A stretch of 64,000 bases of DNA. It comes from Azolla caroliniana. Lineage: Eukaryota > Plantae > Polypodiophyta. The notes beneath the pieces are model-generated. The model searched no databases. It saw only the letters and a program-made list of their open reading frames with translations, and had not been told where the DNA came from. Numbering within the stretch: the first letter of the stretch is position 1; every line of letters begins with the position of its first letter. The stretch spans positions 8,680,001-8,744,000 of the forward strand of contig JBHGNT010000015.1 in assembly GCA_043228905.1 (NCBI GenBank), read 5' to 3'. The position numbers were made by a program, and so were the translations under genes. Below are positions 1 through 10,755 of this stretch, one piece after another.

Positions 1-1273
1 TAGAGGATATCAAATTCGTGTATTTATATACTAAGAATTAACCGAAATGAGAAAGATTAACAAATTTTCATTAATAAAAGGGAAAGAAAGATTACAATCA
101 ATCCCAAGATTGGGATTACAAAAGTTTTATCTTATGGAGATGATTAGAATAATAGATTAGAAGAAATAAGAGATTATGATTCTTGAGTGATATGGCTTTG
201 ACAAGGAATTTTGGATTTTGAGAGATTGCTTCCGTATGGAGATTATGGTTTACTTGAGAGCTAGCTTCCGTAGGGAAGATTAGGGTTCTTCGCTTCCATA
301 AGATAAGAGAGCTCTCCCCAACAAAAGAAAAAAAATTTAGATCATATGGAGAGTCCTCGTGTAGAAAAAAAAATGGAATAAATATGGAGTTCTCTCTTGA
401 TCATAGCCTTTTCACTTTTTGTTGCATGGCCTCTACTTTTAGTTGCCTAGCTTTTTCTTTTGGTTGCATGTGACTGTCCACATGACCTTTACTTTTTCCA
501 TGCACTCCCTTCTTTAGTTGCTTGCGTCCACATGGCCTTTACTTTAGTTCTCTTCACTTTACTTTAGTTTGTTGCATGATCCAATCTTTCGTCCGTCCGC
601 GTCCAACATCGTCCGGTAGCTGGTTCCATTTTGCTTGCCGGTCGGTTCCGGTTCCGATTTTACTTGCCGGCCGGTTCCGGTTTTGCTTGCCGACCGGTTT
701 CCGGTTTTGCTTGCCGGCCGGTTTCCGGTTTGCATACCCGTTCCGGTTCCGGTTTTGCTTACCGGCCGGTTTCTGGTTTTGCTTCCCGGCCGGTTTCCGG
801 TTTTGCTTACCAGCCGGTTTGCATACCCATTCCGGTTCCGGTTTTGCATACCGGCCGGTTTCCGGATTGCATACCGGCCAGTTTCCGGATTGCATACCGG
901 CCCGTTTTCGGATTTGCTTACCGACCCATTTCCGGTAAACCGGACCCGTTTTCCGGATTTGCTTACTGGCCGCTTTCCGGTTTTAGGGAATTTGGCCACC
1001 ATCATCCATCAAGACAAAGTGGCCAAAGTGCTCTTAGCACAAATGAAAAATGAGGGAGCTCAAGGTGTTTATATAGCCAGGGCCTTAACTTTCCTATCTA
1101 TATGGGATAGTTCTAATTTCTCTATCTAATCAAACTTCATTTTCCCATAACTTGATATGTATTTCTCCATTTTGTATATAGTAAAATACATTTTGAAGCT
1201 CTTGAGTATATCCATCTTTCTATAGTAAGCTACTAATCTAATCTATAATAATTTTTTCATTAGTTTTTTTACA
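1..1273. mobile_element. Partial LTR-like sequence, truncated by the window edge, inserted in Copia A
   Basis: AT-rich non-coding tract ending in ...TTTTACA (1273), after which Copia coding sequence starts abruptly. Minus-strand TATA-like CTATATAAAC at ~1067-1076 and an internal repeat array. The other end is not visible. Confidence 0.55.
620..985. repeat. Degenerate CCGG-rich tandem repeat array (units like TTCCGGTTTTGCTTGCCGGCCGGT, ~24 bp)
   Basis: Directly visible. It produces repetitive ORFs in several frames (RFCLPAGF / KPAGKQNR). Confidence 0.85.
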
Positions 1274-1275
1274 TA

Positions 1276-2914
1276 GTGTGTGAAGATTCACACGACAACG
1301 GGCATAACTCCGACTACGAAGATCATGGCAGAATGTATGGGCACAACTCCGACTACGAAGATCATAGCGGAATGTATGCACACAACTCCGACCGTGGCGG
1401 AATTTTCATGATGAAACATAGAGCAAACTCTATCTCGGCCGCTACCTCAACTAGTGCCTCCGGCCCGGAAGACGTATGGTTTGTGGATTCCGGTGCCTCA
1501 AACCATATGACATCGCATCAAGAATGGTTCCGAGAACTTCGAGAGCCGGACCGACCCGGCTATGTCGAAACCGGAGACGACACTACGCACCCGATTCGGC
1601 ACATTGGAAATGTTCCATTCGGAAAAGAAGGTAAGCAAAATTACATTAAAAATGTCTTGCATGTACCGACCATTACGAAGATTTTGGTCTCCGTCGGCCA
1701 AATTGTAGAGCAAGGGATGCAAGCTCAATTTAATCAAGGTGGTTGCTTCATCGAAAAAGAGGGCCGACTCATCGCACGCGGATGAAGAGAGGGCCGAATG
1801 TTCATTCTCGACTCACAGGAGATGAAATTGGCCATGTTCGCAAAGGGCATAAAAGCCAACTCCGACATAGAGCTATGGCACAATTGAATCGGCCACATCA
1901 ATCTCAACAAACTCAAAGCAATGAAATCGAAAGGAGTAGTCATCGGACTCCCGACATTCAAAGAGAAGGAGATTGAAGGTGTATGCGAAGCGTGCCAATT
2001 CGGCAAGCAACACCGCCATCCATTCCCGAAAGAGCAGAGTGTGAGCAAAGGTCTATTTGACGTAGTCCATTCCGACGTATGAGGACTGGCGCAGACGGCT
2101 ACATTCGGCAGACGCCAATATTATGTGCTCTTCATCGACGACTTCTCCAGGGACACTTGGATCTACCCGATGCGGCAAAAGAGTGAAGTGTTCGGACGCT
2201 TCCAAACATTCAAGAATGAAGTCGAGAAAGCCACAAGCCGACATGTACGTTGTCTTCGATCGGATGGCGGCAATGAGTACTTCTCGGACGATTTCACAGA
2301 GAATTCACTTGCCGACACACTCTGCAACAAAACGGAGTAGCCGAGCGCAAAAATCGGCACATCCTCGAAGTAGCGCAAGCCATGATGAACGAGAAGCATA
2401 TGCCCAAGTCTTATTGGACCGAAGCTGCAAATATAGTCGTCTACCTAATGAACCAGTGCACAACATCCGGCGTGCACGAGGTCACTCCACACGAAAAATA
2501 CTTCAGAAAGAAGCCGGACTTATCGCACATCTGGATATTTGGCGCGATAGCGTACGTGCACATCATTGACGAGAAGCATCAAAAGCTTGATCCGAAGTCG
2601 GAGAAATGTATCCTCGTAGGATACTCATTGGATCAAAAGGGGTACAAGTGCTACAACCCCTCAACTCGAAAATCTTGCGTAAGTCAAGATGTCGTTTTCG
2701 ACGAGTCCGCATCCTGGTACGCACCAGAGACAACTCCGACTCCGACTCCTCTCGACCCGGAATCTGTCGCATGTTCGAAGAAAGTCCGATCACGACCCGA
2801 CTGAGCGAACCACAAGAGCCTTTGAGCGATCAAAGCACATCATGGCCTAGCCCGAAGATGGACAAAGGCAAGGCGAAAATGGCGGAATACGCAGACGATC
2901 GCTTCGACGACGAT
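1276..2914 (+). pseudogene. Copia A protease, GAG-pre-integrase and integrase (stops/frameshifts)
   Basis: WFVDSGASNHMT (protease), FIDDFSR..., LRSDGGNEY, KLDPKSEKCILVGY. An in-frame 39-bp repeat (HNSDYEDH) lies at ~1300-1395. Confidence 0.9.
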
Positions 2915-3597
2915 TGTTACCGATTAGGAACATGTTCAGCGGTCAGTCCTTCAACCTAGACCTGCAAATGATTGTGAAACAACGAATGGTGGCATCTATG
3001 CGTAATACGTAGGGGAATGTTCTCCGTAACCTAGCAGCGTATAAGGGAGATGGCAGCCGGACTTATCGCACATCTGGATATTTGGCGCGATAGCGTACGT
3101 GCACATCATTGACGAGAAGCATCAAAAGCTTGATCCGAAGTCGGAGAAATGTATCCTCGTAGGATACTCATTGGATCAAAAGGGGTACAAGTGCTACAAC
3201 CCCTCAACGCGAAAATCTTGCGTAAGTCAAGATGTCGTTTTCGACGAGTCCGCATCCTGGTACGCACCAGAGACAACTCCGACTCCGACTCCTCTCGACC
3301 CGGAATCTGTCGCATGTTCGAAGAAAGTCCGATCACGACCCGGCTGAGCGGACCACAAGAGCCTTTGAGCGATCAAAGCACATCATGGCCTAGCCCGAAG
3401 ATGGACAAAGGCAAGGCGAAAATGGCGGAATACGCAGACGATCGCTTCGACGACGATTGTTACCGATTAGGAACATGTTCAGCAGTCAGTCCTTCAACCT
3501 AGACCTGCAAATGATTGTGAAACAACGAATGGTGGCATCTATGCGTAATACGTAGGGGAATGTTCTCCGTAACCTAGCAGCGTATAAGGGAGATGGC
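2512..3597 (+). repeat. 543-bp direct tandem duplication spanning the Copia A / Gypsy B LTR junction
   Basis: 2512-3054 is repeated at 3055-3597 with about 4 substitutions. ORFs 2606..2959 and 3149..3502 are near-identical. Confidence 0.95.
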
Positions 3598-3896
3598 TAC
3601 AACCGACTCCTTAGCAGTGGTTACACTCATGTTCTTACACTCTCAGAGGTTCCAGACACATAATAGATTAGTCGTAGCTATACACAGATTTTCAAAGAAG
3701 ATAGAATTATATTACGATACGCTTCTTTACATTCCAAAAATACACGCCCCCTTTATCAGAGGTTTTCTGCCCTTTATATACGAAGGGTCTATTTAGCCGT
3801 GCACGCTTCCTGCGTGAACCGTGACATGCGTTATGATCTTATATTATTTCTTATTCCTACGCTCCTATCAGTCGGTTACTATTCCGGCGGACAATG
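3458..3896 (-). repeat. Gypsy B 3' LTR
   Basis: TGTTACCGATTAGG...GGACAATG aligns colinearly with 22498-22936. The terminal CA reads TG here. Confidence 0.9.
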
Positions 3897-3898
3897 CC

Positions 3899-3940
3899 TG
3901 GCACGCCTGTGGGACAGTGCCTGGCACGTCAGACCCATCC
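3899..3940 (+). promoter_or_regulatory. Inverted PBS-like / tRNA-Arg 3'-end-like element at the expected PPT position of Gypsy B
   Basis: TGGCACGCCTGTGGGAC (3899-3915) lies 2 nt from the LTR and resembles the complement of plant tRNA-Arg(UCU) 3' end (TGGCACGCCCGGTGGGAC, recalled). Confidence 0.7.
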
Positions 3941-3942
3941 CA

Positions 3943-6685
3943 TTAATCTTCTTCCAGAATGGCCTGGATGTTTGGCTCTGCTACGGTGTCTGCGTTCGGA
4001 GGTGACGTAGGGCCCGTAGGTGCATCGTCGTGTGGTTCCCCTGTTTGGTTGGAATGGATTCTCCCGGTGTCGCAGTCGTCGTGTGTGGGCGGTCCGGGTA
4101 CAGTGGGCTCTTCTTGAGCTAGTGGGTTGGGCTCCGTCGTCGTCGTGCTTGCGGTCTGCCGTGTCTTAGTCTCAATCGTTACTTCCTCCGTAGTGTTGGC
4201 CATCTTTGTATGGTCCGGGGAGTGGGGCTGCGATTCCGCCTGGCCCGCAACGTTCTCCGTGTGGTCCGCCGATAGCGTGGGCTCCTGCGGATGGAGCTCC
4301 TCTCGGGCAGCGGTTTCATTGTCTGGTACTGCGGGGGACTCCGCTCGTCGATCCGCACTGTTCACCGTCGTTGTAATTTCTGGTGATCTGGCCTAAGGTT
4401 CCTCTTCTTCGTCCGTGCCCAGAATTGGCGTCGTGTTGGATTCCTCATTTGTTCGCGTGTTGCCAGCTTGTGTGATCTGGTGAAATAGCTCCTCCTGGCT
4501 CTCACCAAAATCATCTAAGAGCTGCGCATGTTCTTCGGAATGTTGGTCCGTTAGCGAACGATAGTCTTGCGCTAGGTCCTCGCGTATGGCCGCAATGCTC
4601 TTCTAATTTAGTTTATAGAAACCTCGGTCGTCTTTTCGTTGGTTCTCCCAGTCCGCACGATACACGTGCAATTCTGCTGCTTGGGTTGCCCACGCACCCC
4701 ATCCTTTGTCCAGCGCCGTTTTCAATTGCCTTGTGAACCTCTCCCGATTTGTTTGGAGAAGGATACGCACGTTGTCTGTGATGGCCTAGCAACGGTTGCG
4801 TCGTCCTCCATCACCTTCTTGAGGTTTGCAATTTCTTGCTACCTAGCCGCCGCCGCTTCTTCGTACGTGGTCTTCAGGCCAGTCCACAACTAGGATTCCT
4901 TTGCATGTTGTTCTTCTAATTTCCCCATTTCATTGTTTAGGCGAATTTCGAGCTGATGCCATCTTTCCTGTTCGACCACCATCTGCTCGTCGAACCATAC
5001 TATCTTTTTCTCCAATAAGGCCCGGAGTCCCGCGATTGCCGCCTCCGATTTCTTCACTTCATCCCGTATTTGGGTGTTTTCTTCTTTTGTCCAGATGTGC
5101 TGAGCTACCTCCGTAGCGAGTTTCTCTTCAAGGGTTTTTACTTCCTTTCGGCCGTTAGCCCGAATCTCCTTTTCTCTGTCTGAGGATTGGCTAAGTTTAG
5201 CTCGAAGGCGGTCAATTTCGGATTCCGCTAGTTGCACGGCCCTTTTCGCTTTTGAGGTGATGGCAGTCTGAGCCTCAATTTCTTCCTTCAAGGCGTTGAT
5301 GGCGTGGTTTGGTGGTGGAGTTGCGTTTTGCACCGTAGTCACGTTAGCTTCCAACTCCGCGATGCGTTCATTGGCTTTTTGTAGCTCGGCTTGGGTCATT
5401 TTCACCTTCTTCCAGACATTCTTATTTTTAATGGCCATATCCTTGGCGCTCGTGCTGACCTTTGCCAAGTTCCCTATGGACTTCGACTAGGGCCATGTTT
5501 AATGGGGGTAGCTCCATCCCTACTCGGCGTACCCCAGCATTCCTCTGTCTGCCGACCCTGGCTAGCCGGTCCTCATCATAGCTCTCCGCCGTTTGTGTTA
5601 GGGCGCGCTCGATCATCTAGCGCTCCGCGTGCTCCTCGGCCATTCGTTGGGAGGCCTTTATTTGTTGCATTGCCAGGAATTCCATGAGCTCAAAAGTGGT
5701 CCTGAACTATAAGAGGGCGCTGAACTCATGGGACGTATCCGGGATATCTGGATATGCCAAAACCTCGCTTTCCGCCGTCAATACGGCTTTCCCTCGTTGG
5801 GACTGGGTCGTAATGATCGGTCGTGGTTCCTGAATGATTTCAACGGTGGTATTGGGCTCCGTAGGTGTAGAGCCATCGCCTTTGGTCGTTGTCTCTACCG
5901 CCGTGGGAACGTCTTTCACCAATCCCCACCCATCTTTCCTGTCCAATCTACGCCGTTTCGGTCTGGGGCTATCCTGCCGTGTTTCGGTGTTTGGCTCTGG
6001 GGCTGCTTCCACGAAACGTGCCAGCTGTTCCTCCTGCGTTGTCTGTGTGTCTGGCTGGGCAGGTTGGGGTTCCTCTTCCCACTCTGGGGCCGCTAACTCT
6101 GCTAACCTGTGCTTCGCGGATCGGGGCGGTGGCGTGGGTCGGCTGGGCTGCGGTGCTGGCAGGCCTCGAGGTGGCAATAGCACCGTAAGGTACTGTTGTA
6201 TAATCGGCCTGAGCTTTTTGCTTGCCTGATACGCATGTACACTTTCCCTTAACGTCGGCCCTATGATGACCCCCCAATTGACAGCACGCCCTTCAAAGGT
6301 ATCGATAATGATACCCGCCTTCTGGTTGGGCATCCCATATGCGTTGACATGTACGCAGCCGACCTCCAACAGGAACTTGCCAACTTCACGGAAGAAGGGA
6401 TCCGGGATCTGCTTCGTTCTATAGGCCTTGGCAGAGGAGGAATATGGCCCGAAATATCTCTCAAAGCGCCTCTGTAGGAGGGATTTCAAAATTCCTTTCG
6501 CCTAGCGATGACAAGTCCAACTTTTTTCGGATGGAAGAGTTGGTGACTATGTCGATGTTAAGCTTTCTGGCAATGTCCATGGCATCCGAGTATGGGGGTG
6601 CCTTGGCAACCCGGATGTACCCATCTAGACGTTTCTCCACGAGCCATCGGTGTAAAGCAGTAGAGATGAAGATCGGCATCGCCAT
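3943..6685 (-). pseudogene. Gypsy B extra ORF (coiled-coil accessory protein), fragmented
   Basis: Pieces at 6685-6461, 6489-5707, 5468-4890 and 4365-3943 share motifs with the Gypsy C 968-aa ORF (YFGPYSSSAKAYRT, FEGRAVNW, FYKLN*KSIAAIREDL, ILEED*). Confidence 0.8.
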
Positions 6686-7012
6686 AGTAGGTTCATGGGG
6701 AGGAGACTGGTGGTTGCGGTGGGCTCTATGATAGGATGGAGGAGAAGGTGAGGGGGAGGAGCGATGGATGCGCTGAAAGTTAGAAGGTGGGTTTCTGTTT
6801 TGTGCATAAGATCTTCTATTTCCTTCTTTTTGTGGCTTAGGGTTCATTGGGCAGTGAGCCATCGTGGTGCCGCATGTTCTTGAACTAGGAGTCTGTGCAT
6901 GCATTTAGCCCTTTTAATAGTGTCGCTATCTTCTCTCTTTTTTTCTTTTCTCCTTTTTGTAACGGTTACATACAACCTATTTTTACATTATGGTACAAGT
7001 GGGGCCGTCCCT

Positions 7013-10000
7013 TTACGCAACGGGTTCTCCGGCTTTGTCCTGTCCGGCGGGGAATGGGTTAGGTGACGTAGGGCCCAGGTAAGGTTTAAGGCGAAACCCA
7101 TTCACCTTTTGCCGTACTACTTCCCTGGCTAACGTACCTAGTTGGAACGTGCCTTGTTCCGCTCCAATTATCCAGTACGGGCCGGTCCAGCGGAATCGTA
7201 ACTTCCCTGGCATATGGCCCATGCGGGTTTGGAAAACTAGCACCACTCGACCGACAGCGAACTCCTTTTCCCTTGCGTTCTGATGTCGATCCACAAACGC
7301 TTTACGTCGTCGCTATTCCTGCTCCAACGCAGCCATGCTGTGTACGCGTTTTTCCCCGAGTTCGAGTAGCTGGTGGAGCCGTACCTCCTCCGACTTGGCT
7401 TCCGATAGTCAGTCCCGTACTTGAATCCGTAAACTGGGTACCTGAAATTCAACCGGCATCACAGCCTCCAACCCAAACGCTAGTCGAGACGGTGTTGACT
7501 GTATGCTTGTTTTGTAGCCGGTTCTGTACGACCAAAACGCACTTTGTAATTTGGTATCCCTGTCCGTTCTATTTTCATTGACGATTTTCTTCAAGATGGT
7601 CTACAACGTCTTGTTGGTGGATTCCGCTAACCCATTCGCCTACGGATAATATGGCGTACTCTTCTTGTGGACTACGGTGTAATGATGTGTTAGTTCCCGA
7701 ACCACCGTATTGAGAAAGTGACTACCCTGGTCGTTGATGAGCTCAATCGAACAGCCGAACCGGCCCCAGATATGCTCGTAAAGGAATCTCGTTGTGACGG
7801 CCGCCATATTTTCTCGTAGTGCCTTTGCTTCTACCCACTTGGTGCAATAATCCGTGGCTACCAATATGTATTTATTGCCCGTACGGGCTACCGTCAGTGT
7901 GAAGGGGCCCACAAAATCCAATCCCCACTTTTGGAAGGGGTCTAGCGGTAATATTGGCTGGTGTGGCATCCTTGCGCCTTCCGTGGGTTGGCCCATCTGT
8001 TAACACAAATCACAATATTGGGATGCATCCTTCTGCGTTATCGGCCACCATAGGCCTGCCTGCCATATTTTCCGGGCTGTAACATCGCCCGCGTAATGGC
8101 CGCCTGCCATGCCACAGTGCGCCTCCCATAAAACTGCTTCTTTCTCATCCTGACGTACTCCACGTCGCCAAATGCTGTCACTTCCTTTGTGATATAAAAC
8201 TCCTTTTACGAGGCAGAAGTTACGGCTTCGGATGGCTAGCTGTTTCTTCTCGTCCGTGCGTAATTCTGGTGGAGGTAGTCCCGTAGTCAATAAGTATGTC
8301 ATTTCCATAAGCCACCGGTCCGGAAAGGTCGATTCCGTTCTTTCTGCCAGTGCTGCTACCCGCAAGATGTCGGTGTCCGGAAAATCGTCGTCATCCTTCT
8401 GTACTGTTTCTCCATTCTCGAGTCTGCTCAAAAAATCTGCCATTACGTGTTGCGTCCCTAGTCGGTGCTGAATTACAAAATCGAATTCTTGAAGCAGCAG
8501 CATCCATCACGCCAATTTCCCCGTCAGGACTTGTTTCTACACCAAATACATCACCGCCGAATGATCCACGTGGAACGTAAATTTCCTCCCTAGTAAATAA
8601 TGCCGGAATTTATTGGTGTTATAGATCATCCCTAGCACCTCCCGCTCCGTTGTGGAATAGTTACGCTCTGTTGTTGATAATTTGCGATTAGCGTAGTACA
8701 CTGGCCGGTACCAGTTTGGTTTGGTGAGCTGCATTAGCGCACTTCCTATTGGTATGTCCGAGGCGTCGACGAACACGTGGAATGGCTTCGCCCAAACTAG
8801 TGGTTGTACGACGGGGGCCTGTGTCAGCATTATCTTAAGTGCCTCATAGGCCTTGTCCTCCATTGCGGTCCATTGGAAGGGAGTTCGATGCACGGCAGCA
8901 TGTAACGGCGTGGCAAAGTCCGCCAAATATCGTATCATCTGACTATGCCACCGTATTTGTCCTAAAAATCGGCCGAGTGATTTCGCGTTTGTTGGAGTTT
9001 TGGCTTGCGTAATCGCGGAGATCTTGTTCGGATCGACCGCTATCCCCTCCTTGCTGACTATATGGCCTAGAAGAGTCCCGTTGGTCACGCCGAAAGCACA
9101 TTTCGCAGGATTCAAGCTTAAGCGTGCAGTGCGGCAACGTTCCAGGCATAGTTGCAGGTGCGTAAAATGGTCTATTGTTCTCCCATATAGCGCAAAGTTG
9201 TCTAAAAAGACTTACATGAACACCAGAATGTATTCCCCAAAGATCTCCGTAATTGTCCGTTGAAATGTTGTCGGCGCCGTCTTTAGCCCGAACATCATGA
9301 CGACTACCACATAGACTCCCCAGTTTGTGACAAATGTCGTCTTCTCTTGGTCCTCGGGATGCATGCGTACCTAGTTATACCCACTGAAGCCATCTAAAAA
9401 ACTGTACATCTCATGTCCTGCGACGACGTCCAGTACGCTATCGGTGAATGGTAAAGGGAATGTGTCCGTAATGGTTACGGCGTTTAATTTTCGGTAATCC
9501 ACGCATACCTGTATTTTGCCGTTTTTCTTTGGAACGACAACTATCGGACTTAACCATGTGGCTTGTTTAACTAGCCGTATGAACCCTGCCTTCAGGAGTT
9601 TGTCAATTTCTTCTTTTACGCGGGTCGCGTAGTTTGGGTTCATGCGGTAGCGGCGCTGCTGGACGGGTTTTGCATCGGTTGCTAAATTGATCTTATGTTG
9701 ATAGAACTTAGGATCTAACCCCTTCATGTCCTCGTGAGCCCAGGCGAACACTTCTTTATATTTCTTGAGTAGTGCGATCATCGTGTTTCTCTGGTCCAGC
9801 CTTAATTCCTTTGCGATGGAGGGGAAACGGGGTTCCGACTCCGTACCCACATTTACTTCTTCCAGGGCGGAGGCGGTGACTCGTCGTGAAATTTCCATTT
9901 CCCTTTTGAATGTCTCTCGTGCTTTGCTGAGTTCAAATATGGACTCTGGGTTTGGTTCGTAAGCCTCATCGTAGAGAATAGTGGCTAGGGCATATTCTGC

Positions 10001-10334
10001 CGCAGTTGCGATGACATCGATTTCGAACAGTGGAATGATCCGAGGGTGCTCATCTACGTATGTCTCTAATTCTGCATCCTCCACCCCAGCCAACATATTT
10101 ATATCTTCTACGTATAATGGTGTTATACCCTTGGGCTATGGCGTGCTTCCTTCCGTAGGTACGCGAATCTTAGTGCGTCCGTGTCGGAAACTGATACACT
10201 TGTGTTGCCAGCTCTGCTTGATATTTGTTGCCCGAAGCCATGGTCTACCCAGAAGCACTGGGTATGCCCCTGGGGCGTCCAAGGCGAGGAAGACCGCCGA
10301 AATGTCGAAGCGATGTCCGCCTACGATAAACCCT
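7013..10334 (-). pseudogene. Gypsy B pol: protease C-terminus, RT, RNase H, integrase with GPY/F motif
   Basis: WLSPIVVVPKKNGK..CVDYRKLN, FLDGFSGYN, FVDASD, WGLDFVGPF, LRFRWTGPY; several stop codons. Confidence 0.93.
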
Positions 10335-10705
10335 TGTTGTCTGCCTGGCCGGACTAGCCTCAACACAGGTGTCTATCCGACACTTCTCCAAAGGGGTGGT
10401 AAGGATTGGATGTTAGGTTACACGCGTAAGATGATTACAATTAAGCACAGACGGTAAACAATACGAAGATACAGATAAACACGCAGTAATTACTATTGTA
10501 TTACTTCCGTCAAACCCTTTACAATTCATCAGATCCTTTTATAGGCATCCGGCAAGGTTACAATCGGTGCGCTTAGGCAACCGACATCCGAATCGGTCCG
10601 GATCCGGATCCGTCCCTCCGAATAATAATTCTACTATTATTTACTTCCTATTATCCGATCCGACTCCGCCTTCCCACTTGTCCTTGCTCTTCTGATCGGC
10701 CAACA
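10335..10705 (-). repeat. Gypsy C 3' LTR (371 bp)
   Basis: TGTTGTCTGCC...GGCCAACA, near-identical to 19999-20413 apart from a 44-bp indel. Confidence 0.95.
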
Positions 10706-10707
10706 CA

Positions 10708-10752
10708 TGGCACGCCCGTGGGAAAGTGCCTTGCACTTCGAATCCACTCCCG
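10708..10752 (+). promoter_or_regulatory. Inverted PBS-like / tRNA-Arg 3'-end-like element at the expected PPT position of Gypsy C
   Basis: TGGCACGCCCGTGGGA (10708-10723) lies 2 nt from the LTR CA. The sense strand reads GTGGATTCGAAGTGCAAGGCACTTTCCCACGGGCGTGCCA. Confidence 0.75.
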
Positions 10753-10755
10753 GCC

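Noticed and set aside
522-1129. Five overlapping ORFs with repetitive peptides
   Set aside because: By-product of a stop-poor CCGG tandem array; no domain signature.
10708-10752. A genuine tRNA gene
   Set aside because: Only a 3'-end-like portion is present, with no D or anticodon arm, so it is treated as a retroelement cis element.
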